From positions 106,687 to 170,686 of the forward strand of contig DATNBU010000017.1 of assembly GCA_035571835.1 (NCBI GenBank): 64,000 nucleotides of DNA. The letters are read 5' to 3'. The stretch's first letter is position 1, and every line of letters begins with the position of its first letter. The translations under genes and the position numbers were made by a program. Source of the stretch: Candidatus Limnocylindrales bacterium. GTDB lineage: Bacteria; Desulfobacterota; Binatia; UBA1149; CAITLU01. Positions 8,060-18,090 of this stretch are shown in pieces. The notes below the pieces were generated by a model that saw only the letters and a list, made by a program, of their open reading frames with translations, had not been told where the DNA came from and did not search any database.

Positions 8060-8965
8060 ATGCGGCATGTGACGCTCGAGCGGCCCATCCGAGCGCACGC
8101 TGACCAGCCGGCCGCACGCGCGACCGGCGAAAGCGGCCGGTCGCTGTCGGTGCGCGGACCCTCATCGGATCGAGATGCCGCGTCCGGAGCCCTGGCCGCA
8201 GGCCGTCGGTACTGGCGGCAGATCCGCCTCGCATGCTCGTTTGCCCAGTTCGGGGTGACTGCGCTCGCGGTTGCGTTCGTCGTCGCACCGGTCGTGCGCC
8301 TCTCGGCGGCCTCGAGCGAGCAGGCCGAGATGGCGGTGCAGCGCGCGATCCGGCGCGCCTATGCGTTCTCGGTCGCGCTCTGGAGGCTCGTCGGGATCTT
8401 CCGGCTGGACGCACGCGGCCTGGCCGGGCTCGCGGACTGCGGCCCGTGCATCGTCGTCGCGAACCATCCGACGCTGGTCGACGTGGTCCTGATCGGATCG
8501 GTCCTCGAGCAGATGGACTGCATCGTCAATGCGGGCTGGACCGCGAAGAGCCCGTTTCTGGCCCGCGCCATCGAGGTGGCCGGGTACGTGCGCAACGACG
8601 GCGGCGTTGCGGTCGTCGAGCAGTGTGCGCGGCGCCTGCGTTCGGGACGGCGGCTGCTGGTGTTCCCGGAAGGCACGCGGTCGCCGTGGGGAAGTTTTGG
8701 AAAGTTCCATCGCGGTGCGGCGCATATCGCGCTCGCCAGCGGCGCTCCGCTGGTTGCGGTGGCGATCCGCTGCCGCCCGCGGATGCTTGGAAGCGGCCGC
8801 AAGTGGAGCGACACCGACGGCCGCCGGCCCGCCTACGAGCTCGCGATTGCCGGCCGGCTCGATCCGGCCGACTACGCCGGCATGACGACGCCGCTTGCCG
8901 CACGAAAGATGACCGACGACCTGCTCAGGATTTTTCTCGAGGAGCCCAATCTTGCAGACGCGTGA
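8060..8965 (+). CDS. PlsC-family lysophospholipid/1-acylglycerol-3-phosphate acyltransferase
   Basis: NHPTLVDV (NHxxxxD) and FPEGTRS motifs. Start chosen at the first Met after divergence from the ammonia-lyase; earlier alternative starts cannot be excluded. Confidence 0.75.
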   Translation: MRHVTLERPIRAHADQPAARATGESGRSLSVRGPSSDRDAASGALAAGRRYWRQIRLACSFAQFGVTALAVAFVVAPVVRLSAASSEQAEMAVQRAIRRAYAFSVALWRLVGIFRLDARGLAGLADCGPCIVVANHPTLVDVVLIGSVLEQMDCIVNAGWTAKSPFLARAIEVAGYVRNDGGVAVVEQCARRLRSGRRLLVFPEGTRSPWGSFGKFHRGAAHIALASGAPLVAVAIRCRPRMLGSGRKWSDTDGRRPAYELAIAGRLDPADYAGMTTPLAARKMTDDLLRIFLEEPNLADA

Positions 8966-9221
8966 CGAACTGACCGCAGACATCAAGGCCATGATCGTCG
9001 AAGTGCTCGCGCTCGAGGACATCCGGCCGGAGGAGATCGAAACCGACGCTCCGCTGTTCGTCGAAGGCCTCGGGCTCGATTCGATCGATGCGCTCGAGCT
9101 CGCGATGGGCCTCGAGGAAAAGTACGGCGTAATCATCACCGACGACCCCGAACGCAACGAGAAGATCTTCGCGTCGGTCGGCGCGCTCGCCGATCTCGTC
9201 ACGGCCGAACGCACCCGCTGA
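8952..9221 (+). CDS. Acyl carrier protein
   Basis: 89 aa, GLDSIDALEL phosphopantetheine-attachment motif. TTG start with GGAG 5 nt upstream, overlapping the end of the acyltransferase gene. Confidence 0.8.
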   Translation: MQTRDELTADIKAMIVEVLALEDIRPEEIETDAPLFVEGLGLDSIDALELAMGLEEKYGVIITDDPERNEKIFASVGALADLVTAERTR

Positions 9222-9225
9222 GGCC

Positions 9226-9474
9226 ATGACGCGCGAGCAACTCGAAGACGAGCTTCGCTCGATCCTGGTCGCCGAGTTCGAGCTCGCTCCCGAGAAGATC
9301 ACGCGCGAGGCACGCCTGGTCGAAGATCTCGATCTCGACAGCATCGACGGCGTCACGATCGTGGTTCGTCTCGAGTCGCGCCTGCGCGTGGTGATCGCCG
9401 ACGAGGAAATCCAGAAGATGCAGGCCGTGGGCGACATCGTCGACGCGCTCGCCGCGCGGCTCGGCATGGCCTGA
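9226..9474 (+). CDS. Acyl carrier protein (second copy)
   Basis: 82 aa, DLDSIDGVTIV motif. GAGG RBS upstream of the ATG. Confidence 0.8.
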   Translation: MTREQLEDELRSILVAEFELAPEKITREARLVEDLDLDSIDGVTIVVRLESRLRVVIADEEIQKMQAVGDIVDALAARLGMA

Positions 9475-9484
9475 TGCCGGGACT

Positions 9485-11449
9485 TTGCCTTCGACGTTGC
9501 CGAAGTCGCCGATCGAGCCGACCGTTCCGGCGGGGCCGACGTTGCCGGGCATAGTGGCAAGCCGGCCGCTGGTCGGACTTCTGCGCGAGGCGCCGGACGC
9601 GAGTCGCATCGTCGCCTTCGGACAGACACCCGACCAGAGTGCGAGTCACGCGCGGCTGCTGGCGGACGTGTTCGCTCTTGCGTCGCATCTCGAAGGCGAT
9701 CGCGGGAAGCGCTGGCTCATCGAGTCCGAGGACGCCTACCGCATTGCGGTCTCGCTGCTGGCGGCGGCTGTCGCGGGCGCGCGCATCGCGCTGCCTCCCA
9801 ATCTTCAGCCGGGAACGCTTCGCGAGCTCCGCGCGGAGTCGGATCGCGTATTCGTCGATGACGCAGGGAAGCCTTCCGACGCCCGCACGCTCGATCCGCT
9901 CGCGCCTGGTCGCGCGGTCGCGAACGAAGCCCAAAGCACGAGTGCCACCTCAACGGCGGTAGAAACGGCAGCGCGCACCGGAATTGAGATCGACAGGCGC
10001 GTTGCGCTCGTCGAGTTGTTCACGTCCGGCACGAGCGGTCCCGGAAAGCGCATCACCAAGGCGCTGTGCCACCTGGAAGACGAAGTTGCCGAGATCGGCG
10101 AGCTGCTCGCAGTTGCCGGGCATCGTGGCGGCCGGACCGCGAGCGTGCTCGCGACCGTCTCGGCCCATCATCTGTACGGATTGCTGTTCCGCGTGCTGTG
10201 GCCGCTCGCCCGGCATTTTGCATTCTGCCGGCAGAGCGTCCTGCTTCCCGACGAGCTGCTGGCTCGCTGCGCGGAAACCGGCGGCGCGGTCGTCGTCTCG
10301 AGCCCTGCCCATCTTCGCCATCTCGCTGCGCTGCCGCGCGCGCGCGAGCATGCCTCCGCAATCCTCGAGATCATTTCTTCGGGCGGGCCGCTCGAGTCGC
10401 CCACGGCACTCGCGCTCGAAGACGCGTTCGGGCGCGCACCGGTCGAGATCTTCGGCTCGACCGAAACGGGCGGAGTTGCGCTCCGCCGGCAGCGCGCGTC
10501 GGATCCCGATCCTTGCTGGACGACGTTTCCGTCCGTAACCGCAGAGATCGACGACGCGAGCGGCGCGCTCGTCGTCACGTCTCCGTTCGTGACTGCGCCG
10601 GACAGTGCCGCCACCGAATCGCAAGCTGCCGATTCGCCCGAGCCGGGGACGATGCGCATGGGCGATCGCGCAGAGCGCGAAGGCGACGGCTTCCGGCTTG
10701 CCGGCCGCGCCGACCGCATTGCCAAAGTCGGCGAGAAGACGCTGTCGCTGCCGGAAATCGAAAGCTTCCTCGCCGCGCACGAGCTCGTCGAAAATGCCGT
10801 CGCTGCAACGTACCCCGCAAAAAGCGGCGCGCGTCTCGGCGCCGTCGTGGTTCTGTCGCGCGAAGGGCGCTTGCGGCTCGCGCGGGAAGGACGGCGCGCA
10901 GTGCAGCGCATCCTCGCGGCGCATCTGGCCGAGCGCTGGAATCGCGTGGCGCTGCCGCGCCGCTGGCGTTTCGTTGACGCACTGCCCGTCGACACGCGCG
11001 GGAAGCTTGCGCAGCGCACGGTCGAACAAGAGCTGGCCCGGCCGGTCGAGCCGCCGCGCGAGCCGCTTCTTCTCGATGAACAGAGCAGTGCCGGTCCGGG
11101 ACTCCTTGCGAGCACGCGAGGCGTCGGCCACCTTCCGGACACGAGAAGCGTGCTGGTGCGCGAGCTTGTCGTACCCCGCGATCTCGCCTACTTTGACGGC
11201 CACTACGACGAGTTCCCGCTCGTGCCGGGAGCCGTGCAAATCCACTGGGTCATGCTCGCACTCGGCCGCATCGCCGGCCGGCGCGTCACCGCCGAGCGGA
11301 TGGAAGCCGTCAAGTTCCGAAACGTTTTGCGTCCAGCCGAGCTGTTCACGATGCAACTGGCCATCGATGAAGCCTTCTCTCATGTGACCTTCACGCTCGG
11401 CCACGGATCGCGCGTGTTTTCGAGCGGACGCATCACGCTCGAGCGATAA
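9485..11449 (+). CDS. AMP-dependent synthetase/ligase fused to C-terminal FabA/FabZ-like hotdog dehydratase
   Basis: Adenylation motifs TSGTSGPGKR and GSTETGG. The C-terminal DGHYDEFPLVPGAVQIHWVM is FabZ-like. The real start may be the in-frame GTG at 9554. Confidence 0.8.
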   Translation: MPSTLPKSPIEPTVPAGPTLPGIVASRPLVGLLREAPDASRIVAFGQTPDQSASHARLLADVFALASHLEGDRGKRWLIESEDAYRIAVSLLAAAVAGARIALPPNLQPGTLRELRAESDRVFVDDAGKPSDARTLDPLAPGRAVANEAQSTSATSTAVETAARTGIEIDRRVALVELFTSGTSGPGKRITKALCHLEDEVAEIGELLAVAGHRGGRTASVLATVSAHHLYGLLFRVLWPLARHFAFCRQSVLLPDELLARCAETGGAVVVSSPAHLRHLAALPRAREHASAILEIISSGGPLESPTALALEDAFGRAPVEIFGSTETGGVALRRQRASDPDPCWTTFPSVTAEIDDASGALVVTSPFVTAPDSAATESQAADSPEPGTMRMGDRAEREGDGFRLAGRADRIAKVGEKTLSLPEIESFLAAHELVENAVAATYPAKSGARLGAVVVLSREGRLRLAREGRRAVQRILAAHLAERWNRVALPRRWRFVDALPVDTRGKLAQRTVEQELARPVEPPREPLLLDEQSSAGPGLLASTRGVGHLPDTRSVLVRELVVPRDLAYFDGHYDEFPLVPGAVQIHWVMLALGRIAGRRVTAERMEAVKFRNVLRPAELFTMQLAIDEAFSHVTFTLGHGSRVFSSGRITLER

Positions 11450-11452
11450 GCC

Positions 11453-12256
11453 ATGCGACCCGCAACGCCCGACAACGACCGCGCGCACGCGATGCGGCTC
11501 TGCCTGCTGATTCCCCACTACGAGCACGCCGGTGCGATCGGCGCGCTGCTCGATCGCCTCGCGCGCTACGACCTGCCGTGCATCGTGGTCGACGACGGCA
11601 GCGGCAAGGCTGCTCGCGACGTGCTTGCCGAGCTCGAACGGCGGCTGCCGTGGGTGACGATCGTCTGGAGAAGCGAGAACGGCGGACAGGGCGCGGCCAA
11701 GCGCACCGGATATCGTCACGCGCTCGCGGCGGGATACACGCATTCGCTCGAGCTCGACGCCGACGGGCAGCACGACACCGACGACGTTCCGCGCTTCGTC
11801 GCTGCGATGCGCGCCAATCCATCTGCTGCCGTGCTCGGCAAGCCCGTGTTCGGCACCGAAGCGCCGAAAGCGCGGCTGTGGGGCCGCCAGCTTTCCGTCG
11901 GCCTGGTGTGGCTGGCGTGCGGATCGCGGACGGTTCGCGATCCGCTCTGCGGATATCGCGGGCTGCCGCTGGCGGCCGCCGTAGCGATCATCGACTCGGT
12001 GCACACAGGCAATCGCATGAGCTTCGATCCGGAGATGTCGGTGCGTCTGTTCCGCGCCGGGCTTCCGATCGTCACGCTGCCGACGCGCGTGTCGTATCCG
12101 ACCGACGGCGTGTCGCACTTCGACATGCTGCGCGACAACCTGCGCCTTGCGGCAACCTACCTGCGGCTTCTCGTCGAGCTGCCGCTCGCCGCGCCCGCGA
12201 TCGTGCTCGCGCGCCGTCGCGCACAGCAGCAGGGCGGAGCGGCATCGTGCCCATGA
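11453..12256 (+). CDS. Family 2 glycosyltransferase
   Basis: LLIPHYEHAG N-terminus, VVDDGS and LDADGQH (DxD) motifs. An alternative start is MRLCLLIP at 11492. Confidence 0.8.
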   Translation: MRPATPDNDRAHAMRLCLLIPHYEHAGAIGALLDRLARYDLPCIVVDDGSGKAARDVLAELERRLPWVTIVWRSENGGQGAAKRTGYRHALAAGYTHSLELDADGQHDTDDVPRFVAAMRANPSAAVLGKPVFGTEAPKARLWGRQLSVGLVWLACGSRTVRDPLCGYRGLPLAAAVAIIDSVHTGNRMSFDPEMSVRLFRAGLPIVTLPTRVSYPTDGVSHFDMLRDNLRLAATYLRLLVELPLAAPAIVLARRRAQQQGGAASCP

Positions 12257-13314
12257 CCGACCACGGCACGCTCGTCGATGCATCGTCCGACGACGTCGGG
12301 ACATCGCCCGCAGCAGTGCTTCCGAAGACGTCGGGTGCATGGGGAAGCATCCCGGAGCGAGGCTCGATGCTCGCGCTGCGGTTCATCGTCACGGTCTACC
12401 GACTGCTGGGCCGGCGCGTGTGCCTGATCATGGTGTACGGCATCGCCGCGTATTTCGCGCTGCTCGCGCACGGTGCGCGCCGGGCATCGCGGGTTTATCT
12501 CGAGACGCTGTGGGCGACTCCCGAGGGCCGTCGCGCGCTGGGCAGGCCGCCCGGGTTCCGTCAGGTGCTGCACCACATCCACGAATTCTGCATCAACGTT
12601 TTTGACCGGCTCGTGGCGTGGTCCGGCAACCTCGACGAAATCGAATTCCGCCACCGCGGCAGCGAAGTGCTGTTCGACCTCGCCAGGAGCGGCCGGGGCG
12701 CATTCCTGATCGGCGCGCACCAGGGCAGCTTCGACATGATGCGGCTGCTCGCAAACAAGTACGAGATGACCGTCAACGTGCTGATGTTCACGAGGCATGC
12801 GACGCGCATCAACACGTTCTTCGAGCAGCTCGACCCGAACAGCCGCATCCGCGTGCTCGAGATCGAGCCGAACTCGCTCAAGACGGCGTTTCTCATCCGC
12901 GAATGCATCGCGCGCGGAGAATTCGTCGGGATACTGGCCGACCGCATCCATCCGGGAGCGAGGGACCGGCCGGTCGAGCTCACGTTCCTCGGACGCCCGA
13001 CGCAGTTCTCGCTTTCGCCGTTCGTGCTCGCGGCGACGTTCGGATGTCCGGTCGTGCACACGCAGTGCATCCGTCTCGACGAGCGCACCTACGAATCGTC
13101 GGCGACGGTGCTGACCGAACGGATCGATCCGGCGCTGCCGCGACGCAAGCGCGCGGATGCTCTGCTGCGTGCCTACGCTGCCGAGATCGAGAAGACCTGC
13201 TGGCGCGTGCCGTACCAGTGGTTCAACTTCTTCGACTATTGGGCCGAAGCGGCCGAGCCGCAGAAGCCGGCGCCGCGTGAAGCCGGACGTGGCGAAGGCG
13301 CCCATGGCGGCTGA
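12253..13314 (+). CDS. LpxL/HtrB-like (lipid A biosynthesis-type) acyltransferase
   Basis: ATGA overlap with the GT2 stop. Length (353 aa) and conserved HxxxxD-like GAHQGSFD region are typical of LPLAT/LpxL-like acyltransferases found in aryl-polyene clusters. Confidence 0.65.
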   Translation: MTDHGTLVDASSDDVGTSPAAVLPKTSGAWGSIPERGSMLALRFIVTVYRLLGRRVCLIMVYGIAAYFALLAHGARRASRVYLETLWATPEGRRALGRPPGFRQVLHHIHEFCINVFDRLVAWSGNLDEIEFRHRGSEVLFDLARSGRGAFLIGAHQGSFDMMRLLANKYEMTVNVLMFTRHATRINTFFEQLDPNSRIRVLEIEPNSLKTAFLIRECIARGEFVGILADRIHPGARDRPVELTFLGRPTQFSLSPFVLAATFGCPVVHTQCIRLDERTYESSATVLTERIDPALPRRKRADALLRAYAAEIEKTCWRVPYQWFNFFDYWAEAAEPQKPAPREAGRGEGAHGG

Positions 13315-13852
13315 CACCGAGTTTCCGCCGGTGCGCGAGCTGCTCCCGCATCGCGGCAGCGCGGTGCTGCTCGCGCGCGTGCTCGGGCACGATGCGAAGC
13401 GAACCGTGTGCGCGGTCGATCCCGACGCCGGGGCGAGCTTTCGCGACGCCGACGGCTCGATCCCGGCCTACGTCGGCCTCGAATTCATGGCCCAGACGAT
13501 CGCCGCCCACGGCGGACTTCTCGAGCGCGACAAAACCCGCGACAGGAAATCGGGGACAGACACCGATTTCGCGAAATCGGTGTCTGTCCCCGATTTGGCG
13601 CAGCCGGCGCCTGACGCCCGGCCGGGCTTCTTCGTCGGGACGCGCCGGATCTCGTTTCACGTGGACCGCTTCGCGCAGGGGCAGCCGCTGGCCGTAACGG
13701 CCGTTCATCTGCGCTCGTCGGCAGGCCTTCACGCGTTCGATTGTTCGATCGACGACGGCGCCGGCGGTGCGCCCATGGTTTCAGGTGTCCTCACGGTCTA
13801 TCTGTTGGAGAGCTTCGAGGCCCTCGCCGAGGACTTTTCCGACAATGACTGA
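13304..13852 (+). CDS. FabA-like hotdog dehydratase (aryl-polyene type) carrying an in-frame palindromic-element insertion
   Basis: [14 protein letters not shown] and [16 protein letters not shown] are hotdog-dehydratase signatures. 17 codons ([17 protein letters not shown]) are encoded by the 50-bp palindrome at 13547..13596. Confidence 0.7.
   Translation: MAADTEFPPVRELLPHRGSAVLLARVLGHDAKRTVCAVDPDAGASFRDADGSIPAYVGLEFMAQTIAAHGGLLERDKTRDRKSGTDTDFAKSVSVPDLAQPAPDARPGFFVGTRRISFHVDRFAQGQPLAVTAVHLRSSAGLHAFDCSIDDGAGGAPMVSGVLTVYLLESFEALAEDFSDND
13547..13596. repeat. 50-bp perfect palindromic element, copy 1 (inside dehydratase CDS, in frame)
   Basis: Same 50-mer as copy 2. Translated as [17 protein letters not shown] in the dehydratase frame (cross-checked against ORF 13408..13614). 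Confidence 0.9.
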
Positions 13853-14588
13853 ACCCACAACGGCAAGACGCGTGCTCGTCACCGGTGCCAGCGGCGGCAT
13901 CGGCCGTGCGATTGCCGTCGCGCTCGCCGGAGCCGGCTACGACGTCGTCGTGCATTACCATGCCAACGCCGAAGCGGCCCGCCGCACCGCAGACGAAGTG
14001 GCGGCCGTTCGCGGCGCCAGCCCCGTGCTCGTGCAGTTCGACGTCGCCGACCGCGAAGCGACAGCGGCTGCGCTCACCGATGAGATCCGCCAGCGCGGCG
14101 TGTTCTGGGGCATCGTGCTCAACGCCGGCATTCACGCCGACGCGCCCCTGCCGGCGATGAAAGGCGACGCGTGGGACCGGGTGCTGCGCACCAATCTCGA
14201 CGGCTTCTACAACGTCGCGCAGCCGCTGCTGATGCCGATGGTGCGACGCCATGACGGCGGCCGCGTCGTCGCGATCTCGTCGATTGCCGCGCTGGCCGGC
14301 AACCGCGGCCAGGCCAATTACGCCGCGTCCAAAGCCGGCATCATCGCGGCGTCGAAGTCTCTCGCGCAGGAAGTGGCCAAGCGGGGAATCACCGTCAACT
14401 GCGTTGCACCCGGCCTCATCGAAACCGACATGATCGCCGGCGCTCCAGTCGAGGAAATCGTAAAGAGAATCCCCATGCGCCGCCTCGGTCGGCCTGACGA
14501 AATCGCCGCCGCCGTTGCATTTCTGTTCTCGGACGGTGCAGCTTACATCACCGGACAGGTGATCTCCGTGAACGGAGGAATGCTGTGA
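13845..14588 (+). CDS. 3-oxoacyl-ACP reductase (FabG-like SDR)
   Basis: [11 protein letters not shown] Rossmann motif, NAG, and the YAASKAG catalytic Y-x3-K. Trimmed to [12 protein letters not shown]. Confidence 0.85.
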   Translation: MTEPTTARRVLVTGASGGIGRAIAVALAGAGYDVVVHYHANAEAARRTADEVAAVRGASPVLVQFDVADREATAAALTDEIRQRGVFWGIVLNAGIHADAPLPAMKGDAWDRVLRTNLDGFYNVAQPLLMPMVRRHDGGRVVAISSIAALAGNRGQANYAASKAGIIAASKSLAQEVAKRGITVNCVAPGLIETDMIAGAPVEEIVKRIPMRRLGRPDEIAAAVAFLFSDGAAYITGQVISVNGGML

Positions 14589-16147
14589 AGTGGGACGTGG
14601 CAATTCTCGGTGGCGGCTTCGCCGGCCAGCTCCTGGCGCGCCAGCTGACGCGCCAGACGCCCGGCCTTCGCATCGCCGTCTTCGAGAAGTCGACCGGCAC
14701 GTCGTTCAAGGTCGGTGAGGCCACCGTCGAGATCGCCGCCAACTATCTTGTGCGGCGCCAGGGCCTGCTGCGCTACCTGTACGACCGCCACTATCCGAAG
14801 AACGGCCTGCGCTACTTCTTCGACAATCCGCAGAAGTCGGCCCCGCTTCAGAGCATGAGCGAGATCGGGCCGATCAATTTTCCGTTTCATGCCGCGTTCC
14901 AGATCGATAGGGCACGCATCGAATCGGACCTGCGCGAGATGAACGCGGAGGCCGGCGTCGAGGTGCGGACCGGAGTGCGCGCGCTGCCGACCGATGTGCG
15001 CGACGACGGCGGGCTGCACACGATCACCGTCGAATCGGCGAGCGGAAGCGAGGTGCACGAGGCGCGCTGGGTCGTCGATGCCGCCGGGCGCGCGGACCTT
15101 CTGGCACGCGCCAAGGGTCTTCGCGTGCGCGAGAACGAGCATCGCCTCGGCGCGGTGTGGGGCCGCTTCGAGAACGTCGTCGACATCGACAGTCTCGGTC
15201 CCGACAGCTTCCACGAGCGAGTCCGCCATGCGACGCGCGGACTGTCGACGGTGCACTTCTGGTATCCCGGCTACTGGATCTGGTTCATTCCGCTGCGCGA
15301 CGGCATCACCAGCGTCGGCGTCGTGGGGCATCCGGTCACCGAGGTTCCCGGCATCCGCACGATCGAAGGCTTCCGCAAATTCCTCGACACGCACGGCGCG
15401 GTGCGGATGCTGCTTGCCGGCTCGCGGCCGGTCGACGTCGGCAGCTATTCGAACATGGCTTACAACACGAGCCAGTTCTTCAGCACCGGCCGCTGGGGAC
15501 TGGTCGGCGAGGCCGCCACTTCGGCCGACGCGCTGTACAGCCCCGGCAGCGACTTCATCGCCATCGAGAACGACATGCTCGCCGACCTGATCGCGCGCGA
15601 TGCCGGCGGCGAGCCGGCCGCCGAGCTCGCCGAGCGCACGCGCCTCTACAACGAGTTCATGCAGTTCCGCCAGGAAGCCACGCTCAACCTGTATCGCGGC
15701 CAGTACTCGACGTTCGGTAGCTTCGAGCTGACGCGCATGAAGTGGGATCTCGACATCGGCTCGTATTTCAACCTGTGGGTTACCGCGTACATGCAGGACC
15801 AGCATCTCGACCGCACGTGGCTCCGCAGCCAGCTGCGCATGCGGCCGCTGGTGCTGCAGGCGCTGGTCACGTTCGGAGACCTGTTTCGCGAGATCGCGCA
15901 GGTGCTGCGCGAGGAAGGCCGCTTCTACTCGAAAAACCTCGGCCAGTTCTCGTACGGGCTCGAGCGGATCGATTTCGTGCCCGAAGTCGGGCTGCCGCGC
16001 TCGCGCCGCCGCGTGCTCGAGAAGCAGACCGAGATTTTCAACTCGGTGCGCCGCAGCGCCGCCGAGCTGCTCGGACGTCCGGGCGATCCGGACGTGATCC
16101 CGTCGCTTCCGCTTTCCGCGTTCGTCGGGAACCAGCCGATTCTTTGA
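14585..16147 (+). CDS. Flavin-dependent halogenase
   Basis: GGGFAG FAD-binding motif and the halogenase-specific WxWxIP motif (GYWIWFIPL). GTG start overlaps the FabG stop (GTGA). Confidence 0.8.
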   Translation: MKWDVAILGGGFAGQLLARQLTRQTPGLRIAVFEKSTGTSFKVGEATVEIAANYLVRRQGLLRYLYDRHYPKNGLRYFFDNPQKSAPLQSMSEIGPINFPFHAAFQIDRARIESDLREMNAEAGVEVRTGVRALPTDVRDDGGLHTITVESASGSEVHEARWVVDAAGRADLLARAKGLRVRENEHRLGAVWGRFENVVDIDSLGPDSFHERVRHATRGLSTVHFWYPGYWIWFIPLRDGITSVGVVGHPVTEVPGIRTIEGFRKFLDTHGAVRMLLAGSRPVDVGSYSNMAYNTSQFFSTGRWGLVGEAATSADALYSPGSDFIAIENDMLADLIARDAGGEPAAELAERTRLYNEFMQFRQEATLNLYRGQYSTFGSFELTRMKWDLDIGSYFNLWVTAYMQDQHLDRTWLRSQLRMRPLVLQALVTFGDLFREIAQVLREEGRFYSKNLGQFSYGLERIDFVPEVGLPRSRRRVLEKQTEIFNSVRRSAAELLGRPGDPDVIPSLPLSAFVGNQPIL

Positions 16148-16158
16148 TCGAACCCGCG

Positions 16159-17058
16159 ATGCCGCTGCGGTCCGAACGACGCCCAGGAACGCAATCCGAC
16201 AGGCTCGAGCTCGACGACGCGCAGCGGGCCGTGCTCGACCGGCACGCTTCGGCAATCGCCGACCGGCATCATCCCGACGTTGCGCTGACCGCGTCGCACG
16301 TGTTCCGTCCTCCGAGCGACATGACCGCCGCGCAGGGACTCGGGCTGCTCGCGGCAATGGCGCTGGTGCTGCTGAGCGGGTTCGCAACCGGGCATCTCAT
16401 CGAAGCGTTCGGCGTGCGCGCCGCGGCCGTGCTGCTGTTTGCGCTCGCGACCGGCGCGTCCGTCGGCCTCGGCGGGATCTCGCTCGGCGGCGGGCGCCCA
16501 CTTTCGGTCGTCGAACGATTCGCGATCCTCGGCACTCTCACGCTTGCGATCGCCACCGGCGCAGCTGCTGCGATCGCGATGGTACCGGCAGTCGTCCATC
16601 TGCTCGTCGCGCGCGTGTTCGCGGCGAGTCTTCTCGACGACGAAACGCTGATCGAGAAGGCGGCGCGCATCGCGCACCCGCTCGCGCCGCCTTTCATCGC
16701 ACCGTACTGCCGCAAGCTCACAGCCGTCTGGGCCGGACTGTTCGCCGCGAGCGCGGTGATCACCGCAGTTCTCGCGATACGGGGGCTGCTCGACGCGCAT
16801 CGCGCGTGGACCGGCTGGATCTTCTGGACAGTGCTCGCGATCTTCTCGCTCGTGGAGTTCCTCTGGCGCAAGGCGTGGTTTCGCTACTACGGCCCGGGAC
16901 CGTTCGACCGATTCCTGTCGCGCGTGTTTCCGCCAGGCAATACGCCGCGCGGGCGGCGCTCGGCGGCGTACGTCGCAAGCATGCGCTCCGAGCTCGCCCG
17001 GCTTGCCGAAGCCAAGCGCACCGCGACGCGTAACGCGCGTCCACTCAACGAGCGCTGA
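16159..17058 (+). CDS. Integral membrane protein of unknown function (cluster-associated)
   Basis: Several hydrophobic helices after a ~50-aa soluble N-terminus. Immediately follows the halogenase in the same orientation. Confidence 0.5.
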   Translation: MPLRSERRPGTQSDRLELDDAQRAVLDRHASAIADRHHPDVALTASHVFRPPSDMTAAQGLGLLAAMALVLLSGFATGHLIEAFGVRAAAVLLFALATGASVGLGGISLGGGRPLSVVERFAILGTLTLAIATGAAAAIAMVPAVVHLLVARVFAASLLDDETLIEKAARIAHPLAPPFIAPYCRKLTAVWAGLFAASAVITAVLAIRGLLDAHRAWTGWIFWTVLAIFSLVEFLWRKAWFRYYGPGPFDRFLSRVFPPGNTPRGRRSAAYVASMRSELARLAEAKRTATRNARPLNER

Positions 17059-17409
17059 CACCGAAAAGACTCGATCGATACTGCCCGCTCCGATCCGCAG
17101 GCCGCAACCGCGTGGGAAGCGCATGCAGCGTGTCGCACGCATGCACGCCGGCATCTTGCACGTGCGCGGTAGGCGTGACGCAGCATGCGGGTCAGAAAAA
17201 CCCGCATGGTGGACTCTTGTGGCCCACCGATCGCCGAACCTTCCCCTGTTGGCATCGCCGAGGTCTGTGCGCCGTGAATTTCCGGTGTCAGCGTTTCATC
17301 TGACTTTCATGCTTCGTGCGGTTCCCGCCCGGGTACCGCCCTTGAGTGGAGACAATCCGGTCACGAAGCGGTGGAACGAAGAAGTCGAGGTACGAGCGAG
17401 GAGGATGCG

Positions 17410-17676
17410 ATGAACTGGAACTCGAGCCAACGAAACCCGAACGAGTACAAGGGCGCAACCCGGCAGAGACTTCTTGCGATCCTCGCAGCGCAGGGTGTGC
17501 TGACCGAAGCTTTGCTGGCGAGGGCGCACGACAGCCCGGACGAGGATGTTCTCGAAATCGAGATCACCGAGTTCGAAGGATGTCTCGGTGGTGACACCGA
17601 CGACGAGGCGGACGAGCTCGATGACGACGAGCTCGACGACGAAGAAGAGGAAGAAGAGGAGGACGAGGAAGAATAA
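17410..17676 (+). CDS. Hypothetical hyper-acidic small protein (88 aa) with poly-Asp/Glu C-terminal tail
   Basis: AGGAGGA RBS 6 nt upstream of ATG (MNWNSSQRNPNEYKG). The C-terminus is DDEADELDDDELDDEEEEEEEDEEE. Confidence 0.5.
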   Translation: MNWNSSQRNPNEYKGATRQRLLAILAAQGVLTEALLARAHDSPDEDVLEIEITEFEGCLGGDTDDEADELDDDELDDEEEEEEEDEEE

Positions 17677-17731
17677 CCAACCGGAGCCGTTGCGATGCCG
17701 CCCGGCATCGGCGGGTCCCAAGGAGTAAACC

Positions 17732-17908
17732 ATGCTGCATTACGCGATCGTATTCTTCGTGGTCGCCCTGATTGCGGCCGTACTGGGATTCAACGGCGTC
17801 GCCGGCCTCTCGGCCAACATCGGGTGGCTGTTCGCGGTTCTGGCGCTCGTCTTTCTTGCCGTGGCCCTGCTTGGCGGGCGCGGCAGCTCCAATCTCCCCG
17901 CTCCGTAG
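17732..17908 (+). CDS. DUF1328/UPF0391-family small membrane protein (58 aa)
   Basis: Absent from the ORF track (shorter than 60 aa). AAGGAG RBS; sequence MLHYAIVFFVVALIAAVLGFNGVAGLSANIGWLFAVLALVFLAVALLGG matches the UPF0391 pattern. Confidence 0.6.
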   Translation: MLHYAIVFFVVALIAAVLGFNGVAGLSANIGWLFAVLALVFLAVALLGGRGSSNLPAP

Positions 17909-18090
17909 AAGGATGGCCAACAGGCTGCCGCAACTGCCGGGCTCGCGGATCGCGAGCATCCGGCAGGAGCGGGAGAAGCGGACACGCAGGGTCGTGTCTG
18001 CGCGGCGGGCGGGATGACCGTCCGCCGGGATCGACCGTGATGCGGCGGCTCTGCGAAAGCGGGGGCGTCGACTCACAAGGAGAACGTGAC

